Below, in pieces: positions 54,518 through 64,000 of a DNA stretch of 64,000 nt. Each line of letters starts with the position of its first letter. The stretch's first letter is position 1. The translations under genes and the position numbers were made by a program. Where the stretch lies: positions 135,036,001 through 135,100,000 of the forward strand of contig OX597816.1 in NCBI GenBank assembly GCA_951406725.2. The letters are read 5' to 3'. The DNA comes from Octopus vulgaris. Taxonomy: Eukaryota. Under the pieces are notes generated by a model, which was not told the DNA's origin, did no database searches, and saw nothing but the letters and a program-made list of their open reading frames with translations.

Positions 54518-55898
54518 TGTGATGACCGTGCGAATCAAGGTGGCGGGAATGGCTCTTTAGTACATCACACGGTCGATACAATAAATATAAAATGAATAGC
54601 ACATGTAAGTGCCTGAGAGAAATAGGAGACAACCGAATAGAATAGTTAAGATAAGATTTATTGATATGTATACATGTGTGACTGTGTGCGCGTTATGTAT
54701 ACAGAATAATTGACAGGCCGTCATGAGAGCAAAATGTGTATGTGTGTAAGCATAGATGTATGTTCGTGTGAGGAACATATAAGAACGGCAATGAAGAGAA
54801 CGATGAAAGAGTCTATAGCCATCGAAGTGAGAAGTTCATAGACACAAGAATGAGAATAGCAGTTCGTAGTCAAATGTACACGGTAGTTGAAATGCTGTAT
54901 CAAGAAGTTGCGGCCATGATGCTGAGCCGGTTGCAGGTACATGTACGTGAAGTCGTGGCTGTGATGCCGCTGCCTGGGTCACTTGGTACAGGAGTTCTTG
55001 CAGGTTATATATTCTCTGTTGATCCATGGTGAAGTAATTCATGAACAGAGAAGTGTTGGAACCTGGTAGAGAGATGATGTTGACGACGTTGAAAACATGA
55101 CGGTGGCGATGATGGAGACTGCCGTAATGCTGTTGGACGAAGTTGGTAAGTCCCAACGTGGCTGCTGCGGTATCGTCGCTAAAACTGGATGTGTGGTCAG
55201 TGGCGAGACCTAAAAAGGTCTAGAACCAAAAGACCTCGAGACGAGAAGTTGGGTTTTTATAAGGAGCTGTTGGCTCAAAACTGGGTTGAGAACAGGCTAT
55301 TTCGCGTGATTTTATTTAGAGGCTGCGATTGGTTATACGCGGCATGTTGGGGCGACAGAGTAAGAGACAAATTGCATCGATACCAACCAACCAGAGTAGT
55401 GGACACGACGTGATCTAAATCATCATCATCATCATTGTTCGACCGTGGTCGAGACAATGGAATTTACTATGTTACGCCAGACTTCACGGTCCATCATAGC
55501 ATTACGGAGGTCCTGTTGCTGGATGCCTGTATCCCTGGAGATTACATCAGGGTAGGAGAGTGTGCGCCCTCTGGTATTGCGAGTAGATGGCTTCCAGAGG
55601 AGAAGAGTAGAAATTACTTCTTTTTCAGCTCTGCAACAATGTCCAGCAAACTGGACTCTCCTACCTTTCACAAGAGATGACACAGGTGGTAATTTCCCAT
55701 ATATTTGCATTTTGGTTGGATGGCGCTTCCACGAGAGATTTTGAGCTCTCATAAGGAGGCGAGTGTAGGTTCCATCCAACCGCCTCTCAAGCTTCTTTGA
55801 TCTAAATAGCGGCCAAAGGCTAGCTGTTACTTGCTACGTTCGAATGCACGTATATATAATAAAGCGGGGAGAGGAATTTCACTCGACTGTAAGCTACA
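54518..55898 (-). mobile_element. Solo LTR (Gypsy-like), about 1 kb excluding the nested LINE
   Basis: TGT...ACA termini. CCAAT, TATAAAA (about 55254-55260) and AATAAA (about 54657-54662) occur in order on the minus strand. Flanks aatt/aatc are a possible 4-bp TSD. Confidence 0.7.
55421..55797 (-). mobile_element. Young 5'-truncated RTE-group LINE with (TGA)n tail
   Basis: Uninterrupted ORF end LDGTYTRLL..RRVQFAGHCCR..LLLWKP..RGR..YPDVISRD*. TSD tgatctaaat at 55411-55420 and 55798-55807. Confidence 0.9.
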
Positions 55899-55995
55899 AA
55901 TCTTAGTGTTAACTTGTGTAGAAACAGTTGTAAAATGATTGTCTTCAATGACACTTATCAGATTTTGACTGTTAAAAGTTTAGTAATGTGATTGC

Positions 55996-56214
55996 TCTTT
56001 TAGTCTTTTACTTGTTTCAGTCATTTGACTGTGACCATGCTGGAGCACCGCCTTTAGTCGAGCAAATCGACCCCAGGACTTATTTTTTGTAAGCCTAGCA
56101 CTTATTCTATCGGTCTCTTTTGCCGAACCGCTAAGTTGTGGGGACGTAAACACACCAACATCGGTTGTCAGCTTAGTCTTTTACTTGTTTCAGTCATTTG
56201 ACTGTGGCCATGCT
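55996..56214 (-). mobile_element. SINE family A 3' part with duplicated tail
   Basis: 'ttagtcttttacttgtttcagtcatttgactgtg' occurs twice. Confidence 0.85.
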
Positions 56215-56942
56215 AACTTTATGTAAGATGTTGAAAGCAATGAGTTTATATGACAAAAAACTTTGTGATACATTATTTTAGATATACGAGGTTGAATTTT
56301 TTTTTAGTTGAAGCTGAAAGATTTAGCAATCAGCATTGTATTTCATATGAATGATTAGATCGAAGGTTTAGTTGTTTTAATGATTAAAATGGTGTCAGTT
56401 GAAGACTGTTTCTCGTTGAAGCATAAGTATAGCATTAAGTGAGTGAGTGTTGGAATGCCTTGGAGAACCTATTTAGACGCTTGACATGCTCAATGTCTGT
56501 ATCGCCTTAAAATGCAAGATCAACTCTGAACAAACAGGCCTATAATCAAAGACATTTTAGCTACACCTGTCCCGTGTTTTTCCTATGTATAGGGAACGCA
56601 GACTACATTATCCAATTTTTTAAATTTCTGATTGCGATTCGAGGCTTGAGGTTTCTTCGTTAGCGTGTTGTGTTGGATTCGATCCTGCCGACGTGAAAAA
56701 CTACCTACGATAGAATAGCGTCCTATCCAAGGGAACGTTTATTTCAATTTAATTTTACAGATAAGTACCGACCTTACGTATCCACAAGAAATGGATTAGC
56801 CGGCTATTCCACCCTTCCTCCTTGTTACCTCTTTGTCCTCAGTTCAGGTACTCAGTTACTTTGGTTTTAAAAAGAAAAGAAACTAAACATTTGTTACTAT
56901 GGCCGAGTTTCGAAATTTTTAACTTAGCCTATATTTGATATA

Positions 56943-57160
56943 AGGCGACGAGCTGGCAGAATAGTTAGCGCGTCGGACAAGAATGTTTAGTGGCATATTT
57001 TCCGACTCTTTACGTTCTGAGTTCAAATCTCTGTCGAGATCATCTCTGCCTTTCATGCCTCCGGAGTCAATAAAATAAAGTACCAGTCAAGTACTGGGGT
57101 CGATGTAATCGACTTGTCCCCTCTCATCTAAAATTGCTGGCCTCGAACTGCGCTACAAAC
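56943..57160 (+). mobile_element. SINE family B
   Basis: 'ggcgacgagctggcagaatagttagcg...gagttcaaatc...gcctttcat..gtactggggtcgat'. Confidence 0.85.
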
Positions 57161-57312
57161 CAGCGTCTTTGCCCTGAATACAGGAGTAAGTTGTAATTTC
57201 AATCATTTATATGGATAAGCTAGATGGAAATCGGGTAACTGGCTTTTTGAGTCCTACGACCCATATTTATATAACATCGATTAGATATTGCGAGATTACA
57301 ATTCATATTCAA

Positions 57313-57392
57313 GGCTGCGATGACGCTATAAGGTGTTACTCATGTACTCAACTCTGAGTCCACTGCGTCTTATAGCAGAACAGTTTTAAGCT
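57313..57392 (+). ncRNA. Degenerate long-stem-II hammerhead motif (homolog of 11114-11194)
   Basis: GGCU-GCGAUGA-C-GCUAUAAGGUGU...GCGUCUUAUAGC-A-GAA-CAGUUU-UA-AGCU. Confidence 0.55.
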
Positions 57393-57834
57393 AATGAATT
57401 TCAGAAGATAATCGTTTCTTCCTTTGTCATCACATTTTCTTTTGTGCGTGTATTTTTTTAACTGGCCATTCACTCTTAACGGGATTTAACTATTGTGGCG
57501 TAAATTGCAGTTCAACAGACTTCGTTCTGGTAGTGCTATAAAACAATCCATAGTTTGGCCTTGGAGTGAGATAAAGGATCGGTATATCAGACAAATTGCG
57601 TGCGATGTTTACGTTCTGAGTTCAGAATCTGTCAAGATCAATTTTCCATTTCAACCTTCCTGTGGTCAATAAAAACAAATAAAAAAGTTCTGGGATCAAT
57701 TCAATATTTGTGTAGATATGGACAAATCGCGGACCTTGGATTGCATGCAATTCTTTGTGACTTTTGGGGGTGCGGGGGGGGGATAAGCATAATATCAGTG
57801 TGTTACTAATCACTAAAACTCTGACAATTTTTAG

Positions 57835-58095
57835 ATATCTTTTTACCTTTTACTTGTTTCAGACATTAGACTGCGACCATGCTACAGTACTGCTTTGAAG
57901 AATTTTTAGTCGAATGACTTGACCCCAGTACTTATTCTATCGATTTCCTTTACCGAACCGCTAAGTTAAGTCATCAAGCGGTAGTAGGGGACAAACACAG
58001 GGATACACACACACACACACAAATGGGCTTTCAGTTTTTGCCTACCAGATCCACTCATAGGGCTTTGGTCAACCCGAGGCTATAGAAGACACTTG
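57835..58095 (-). mobile_element. SINE family A (diverged, deleted)
   Basis: Homologous to 1681-2040. Confidence 0.75.
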
Positions 58096-58380
58096 CAGCA
58101 GAACAGTTATGGGGTGGGGGATTTACTGAATATGGTCTTCCATCAAATAATTACATATGTAACACAGAAGCAGTGTTTGTTTAAAACAGTAATCTGTGTA
58201 TCATACTTAAAGCAGTTAAATCATTGGGAGCCGAATGAATTGTGGTATTCGCCTTAAGATCGTATCTCAAACGTACGGTGTTAAAAAAGGGACAAATATA
58301 TCAATAGCAGATGGAAATTATCCAGCAACAGTGATGGTATTATTCATTTCTTAAATATACAAGTTATAGATTTTATAATA

Positions 58381-59520
58381 TACAGGGTGTCCATAAAGTC
58401 TTTTTACAATTTACAAATTTTATTACAAAAGGCAATTGATAAGATATCTTAATCAGACTTGTTTTATTGTACTCAGTGCTTTTCAAAGTTTTTTTGTTTT
58501 TTTTTTGCCGCATTTAATACACTTCTATATGGGTACTATTAGTCGCACGAAGCACATCAAGACAGTACTCGATTTCTTGCCATGTTCGCTGCCACATAGC
58601 CTCGTCAATGGTTGCAATCGCATCTGTTATCGTTTGCTTTAGTTCAGTAATGTCCTGTATCTTTGTTCGATACACGATATCTTTAACATAGCCCCATAAA
58701 AAGAAATCCAGAAATGTGAGGTCTGGTGAACTTGGTGCCCACGGAATTGGTTCATCTCTTCCAATACAACGGTCTGGAAATGTTTGATTGAGGAACTCCC
58801 GAACATGCAGTCCCCAATATGGTGGGGGCACCCTTTTGCTAGAAAATGATGGTCGGTTGAAGGTTCTGGAGTTGTGGTGCCACATATTCAATTAAAAGGT
58901 CAAGGTAGACATTTGTAGTAACTAATCTCTCGTTGAAGAAAAATGAACCAATAATTCGATTGCACATAATTCCATAGCCGACATTCGTTTTGGGACTATC
59001 GTGCTGAACTTCTCTAGTCACTTTAGGTTGTTCTGATCCCCAGATTCTTACATTGTATTTTTTTCAGATTCCCTGAAACATGAAACGTTGCCTCATTACT
59101 AAAACAAACTCGCCTGAGGAGACAATTTTCGTCTTGGTTTATCATTTGGCTCGATTGCCTGTAGGAATTGTACTTTATAAGCATACAATCGCAGGTTCTT
59201 GTGTAGGACTTTGTGTACTGTTGAACGCGGTAGCTCAAACTGTCTAACAACAGTACGGATGGACTTTGTGGGAGAACGAGAAAAGTCTCTCTTACACGAT
59301 CAATGTTTTCCTCAGATGTTCTTAGTCGCCCACTCATTCTAACACTGTCCCTGTCTCCTTAAATTTCTTGTGCCATGCACGAATTAACGGACGTGATGGT
59401 AGATCTCTTCCATACTTTGTTCTGTAGTTTCGGTGAGTCTGCGTATCCGATTTTGTCTCAATAAACCATAATACGCATTGTGCCTTCCCTTGAGGAGTAG
59501 CCATTTCTTAGGGGTTCTTT
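58381..59520 (-). mobile_element. DD41D (rosa-type) Tc1/mariner element; transposase pseudogene at 58514-59504
   Basis: MATPQGKAQCVLWF..YRTKYGR HTH, FSNEATFHVSG, QKGAPPYWG...SPDLTFLDFFLWG with 41 residues between the 2nd and 3rd catalytic positions. One TIR, TAcagggtgtcc, at 58381. Confidence 0.9.
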
Positions 59521-60815
59521 TAAAAAAAACGCCTCTTTAATCTGCAGGATGCCTGAAACACAATGTGATTAAAAACTTCGAAAACCAATACTTCGGTATT
59601 GCAATCGGGATGCGCAAGTTGTCCCACACATCAAATTTCAAAGTGATCGTAGAACAACGTGAAATGAAGCGTTTCACACAAGAATAGCGTATCGCCCGAG
59701 ACTCGAAACTACAATTTTACAATCGCAACACCTTAACCACAAGACCGTGTGTGTGTCACACACAGACATACACAACTTCTCACTAACGCCATCTGAGAAA
59801 AATACGTTTTGCTGAAGAGGTCTAATAAGACTGAGGTGTCCATTGCGTTCACCAGTTGACTTTAAAATGAGAAGATCCACTCCCACATGCATCATCTATA
59901 TATATTGCTAGTATTTCTTTCAATTACTGTCTTCATGACTAATTTCAGTTAATCGAGGTTTTTCGACTAGTTACACATGTTAAAAATCTTCTCCGCATAT
60001 ATTAGTAGTGGTATGACCCTATTTATGACGTGCACTATCTCAATAGAAAAAGGTTATTCGTGCCAACTAGAAAGGATTCCTACATGTGAATGAAGTAAAA
60101 GAAATGGATATCAGCTGGGATGCAGCTTTTTTAAAATTTTTAATGCTTAAATAACTGTTTTGCTACATCAATAGCATGATAGAAAATAAACTGTATTAAT
60201 CACACATGAATTTAGCAGATTGTAAGTGCATGAGTAGTTTTGTCTAAATTGCTTTTCCTCCCTTTGCTACTTTTCAGGTTGTCAATGTATTCAAAAAGAA
60301 CATTTAATATACGATGCGCTAGGAATCACTTAAAATTTGGTTAGATTATTTCATTAAACGAAAATGAAATTAATTCATTAGTGATGTCGCGAGTTTAAGA
60401 CTTAGTTAACGAGTTGGTGAATGAAAATATATTTCTTGGGCTCTCCGAAGATGTATGTGAACAACGTCTGCGAACATTTAACAGAAGAATTTATCCTACA
60501 TAAAGACAAACTGTGGTCTTTTACAGTTAACAACAGCAACAATTACATACTGGGAGAGAAATACTGCTCCGATTTTACAGCAAGCTAACGAAACATGCGG
60601 CTTGCCCAATATATCTGAAAACACTTGTGCTATTTATCTGTCAGCGTCATGTTTTAGCCGTCTGGTTGAGCCAACTAGTGGGGGTCATTTGATATAGAAA
60701 GAGTAAAGACACGTATCTCTCAACTGCCTCAACATTCTTCCTGGTAAGGGTTTAATGTTTATAAGAGAGCGAGTGGTATACTAGTCAGTCACAGCTTAAT
60801 ACCAATACTCTTTAA

Positions 60816-61020
60816 GGTGGCGAGTTAGGAGAATTGTAAGCACACCAAACAAAATACCTAACGGCATGTTGTCGGCCTTTACGTTCCGAGTTCACATTCC
60901 ACTAAGATCGACTTTATTTTTGACCTTTCCGGGATCTATGAAATATGTTGAACACCGAGGTCAATGCATTCAACTAACTTCCCAAAAACTTCAGGCTTTG
61001 TGCCTATAATAGAAAGGATG
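60816..61020 (+). mobile_element. Old SINE family B
   Basis: Diverged head and core. Confidence 0.65.
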
Positions 61021-62460
61021 ACTGGTGCTTATTTTATTAGCTCTCGAAGAACTTGAAAAGTGGTTGTGACGAAATCAAAATACAAACGGTAAAAGAATCC
61101 GTTAAATGTAAACGCTGAACATCTTTTCAAACTGATAACTTGATAAAAAAAATTTTCCACGAATCGACTTCGTTTTGCCCACCCCTGGGCCAGTAAAATA
61201 AATACTAGTAACATAATAGAACCGTAGACTCTTGTGATATATGATCTCAGATTTAATACAACTTCAAGCTTTCTAAAATTACGTAAGATTGCTCTATTTT
61301 CCTCGGTGTATTATGGTGAAACTGTCTCACTCAAATACATCCAGTGCATAAGCACCTGCCGATATAAAGATTTAAATAAACATTAACTAGTTTCGTCTGT
61401 ATACCAATACACAAGTAGTCGGTGCCAAATAAAAAGTAAATAAATAAACTCCGGTTGTGAAATGACTGACCAAGATGCCACTCTGGCAAAGCTTAAAGAT
61501 TTAGTTATTTGAGAAATTATGGTACAAATCCCTGTAAGGTCTTAGTATTAAGCCTAAGAATAAATAATCCTGTAGGATCAGGCGGAGAAATAGAACTGCT
61601 AATAATATTCGATGCTAAAAAAGGAAAAGCAATTAGACAATTAGATAACTGAGATGATTTCACTTCATTGCCATAGAAACAGAAAACGCTGACGCCCAGG
61701 TTATCTTTTGAAAGCACCAAATGAGGAAAGAATAGTTTTGGTTTGAAGTAGGGTACCAACCAGTGATTGGCTGGAACCGGTAGCTGTCTGCTACTAACGA
61801 TGGAAATGCAACTGACTTGCTCACAGACGTTATTACCAGGTGAGCTACTGTATACAAGTAACGGTAGCCTGACAGATCTTTTTCGTTCAGAAGATGACAA
61901 TTGTATGCGTGAGAGACTCGGTTAAACAGCAAGTTGGATGAAGAACGATATCTTACGAAAGACATTTCTAACAATCCCGTACCCTTAAAACGTGTCACTA
62001 AACGGGAATACTGTATAAAATAAGTAACAGTAACTTTAGTAATGGAAAATTATCGGCTTAAATTAGTTTGTCCTTCCCCACTCGATAACTAAAATATATC
62101 AAGATGACGACTACATTTTAAGTTAAGGAAATATCATTTCAGTACCAGATTCCTACTATGTATACACATCAGCAGCTATTAAATTCCACATATATAAAGA
62201 TTAAATCATTTGCATACATCGCCATCCATAAACTAGCGAGGCTACCAAGTTGTTATTCGTGGGTGTAAACAAACTTAGATTAAGAAATGGTGAATACTCC
62301 ACCACTACCACCTCAAAATTAAACTCTATTAAAATGAGAAGGCAGTAAAAATACACTCCACCCATAACTTTAGGAGGAGGGTGGGCGGCTGCCTGCCTTA
62401 AAACTAATAGAACACCTGTCACTAATAACTTGCATTCCGTCATTCTTAGATCCTACTTAC

Positions 62461-62509
62461 CTACCACGTTTGGCGTTTGCAACAAATAAATCTCACTGCT
62501 GTCGTTTAC
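62461..62509 (-). other. Candidate 49-nt exon
   Basis: ttttcag| acceptor and TAG|GTAAGT donor. One open frame, VNDSSEIYLLQTPNVV. Confidence 0.3.
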
Positions 62510-63000
62510 CTGAAAATCTGTTTATCTACCTCCTAAACCATTAGAGTAATTGAATGCTATATACTCTCAGTTGAATTCCAACATCTTATAAAATAAGTGT
62601 TTACAGTTTTGCGTTTTAACAAGAAAACATCGGTTATAAAATGTTTAAGTTTCAACTAGTTATTTTTAGGAACTATTTTCTTTGACTATGTTTCAATGGT
62701 AAATCTTACAAACCAAATACGATTTACATATTAAGAGTTCTGAAGAAGAAGAAGAAAAGTAAATCTTAGCACATTCTGTAGTATTTTTATTTACAGCCAG
62801 TATGTTCCATATAATATCAAAAGCATAATTAAAATATTAAAAGTATAAATCTTAACGAACAATTATTTTTGAAACCCTTAACAAGGAATGCACACTAATT
62901 TTTAAAACATCCCCTTTATTTGTAGGAATAACTGAGGTGGGGTAGAAAACAATTTAAATATCAAAATCTAAAGCGTCCAAAAATATTTTCTCGATTGTGG

Positions 63001-63446
63001 TTAAAATTGAGAGTAGGTACAACTCTTTTGTTTTAGCAAATCATCTAATTCTTCTTGAAGTTGATTTTTATAGAATTCTAGTTTACTTATTTCGTTGCTT
63101 ATCGACCTTAAAGTTAATGGCAACTTATTGAACTCTGTCAACCGACATTCAAGAGAATTAGTGTTCTTCACAATTTTGTCTTTAGCTTTCACACTATCCA
63201 AAATAGCCCCATGGACAAGTGTTGTGTCAATGCCAGTAGATTTGACTTTTTCCTTTAATGTAGTGAATTTCTGAAAACCATTTTCCAATCCTACAACTGG
63301 CTCCTGACAAAAACTGATGGTCCTAGGTAATGTAGAATGGGTCAGGCCGTAGTGGATCTTCATACTCGAGTGGTTGTCAATACTGGGTTTTAATTTGAAT
63401 TTCTGTTCGGAGACCACCTGCATTTCGTTTTTAAGATTTATCAAAG
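63001..63446 (-). CDS. Probable last coding exon of an unidentified host gene with a coiled-coil C-terminus
   Basis: A 446-nt stop-free, non-repetitive frame in very AT-rich DNA, preceded by the acceptor ttttgtatttgcttcgcag| (phase 1). Heptads in LRSISNEISKLEFYKNQLQEELDDLLKQ. No TE motifs. AT-rich UTR-like sequence follows. Confidence 0.6.
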
Positions 63447-64000
63447 CTGCGAAGCAAATACAAAATTAATTTTTAAAGAAAATTATATATACATAAATAT
63501 ATTTTTTTTAATATAAAAACCAATAGAATAAAGTCTGAAATGAATGTCAAGATAAAAAGCAAAAAAAAAAAAAGCCAAACCAACAAGCCATTCACATCCG
63601 TAATCAGCCGTTTAGCTTTTAAAAATGATAGATTTAAGCTAAATTCAGATATGCAATCATGTTAAAGGAATAAGAAAAATTAATGTGTATTAAAAGGAAG
63701 ACTAGTTTTCTTTGCATTGTGTGGGATAAAGGATGTCCACACGCTCACCAAGCCGTCTAGTTTATTGAAATCACTTCAAACGGAGATTTAAAAAAAATAT
63801 CGCTGTCTTAGCTTTCCTGGTGTGCAGCTCTTGCTTCTCAACGGTACTAGATATAATATGAAATAGGTTTAATGATACAAACAGGTAAACAGAACTCAAA
63901 AACACATGTACATATTTATTAAGTTAGTTGGCAGAAGTTACAAAATGACTCAAAGGCCGAACATTTTGTACTTCGGTACTTATATGTTAAGTTCCAATTC

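Noticed and set aside
54836-55340. 106-aa ORF downstream of CCAAT and TATA, resembling a compact histone-type gene
   Set aside because: There is no true ATG start and no recognisable protein. It lies inside TGT..ACA-bounded LTR-like sequence.
61517-61998. 127-aa and 112-aa minus-strand ORFs
   Set aside because: No motifs or splice sites. Probably antisense shadows of decayed coding or TE sequence, which I could not assign.
63749-63846. Possible upstream exon of the 63001-63446 gene (tag| ... |gtgagc)
   Set aside because: All three frames contain stops before the donor.
1-64000. CRISPR arrays, operons or other prokaryotic systems
   Set aside because: No regularly spaced repeat-spacer structure or gene-dense region. 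The sequence is typical metazoan intronic or intergenic DNA.

Overview
This is AT-rich, microsatellite-dense eukaryotic DNA with no prokaryotic features. The recurring SINE families match my recollection of octopus repeats, so an octopod genome is likely (inference, not searched). Almost all ORF-track entries are translations of (TA)n, (CA)n, (TACA)n or (CTAT)n repeats, or of transposon debris. Supportable content: many tRNA-headed SINEs; decayed RTE and CR1-like LINEs; Penelope-like RT and GIY-YIG fragments; three Tc1/mariner-superfamily relics (DD41D, maT-like, pogo); Tigger and hAT MITEs; a Helentron-type HINE enclosing a Gypsy integrase piece; and a solo LTR carrying a LINE insertion with an intact TSD. 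One probable host exon (coiled-coil, minus strand, 63001-63446) and weak signals for a second minus-strand gene were found. The main unannotated signal is about a dozen dispersed minimal hammerhead-ribozyme motifs (CUGANGA...GAAA plus a palindromic stem III) in short Penelope pLTR-like elements that often abut (TA)n arrays. They include an A6U core-variant subfamily, long-stem-II variants, and a copy inside a perfect 274-bp palindrome. Element boundaries were read by eye and are approximate.
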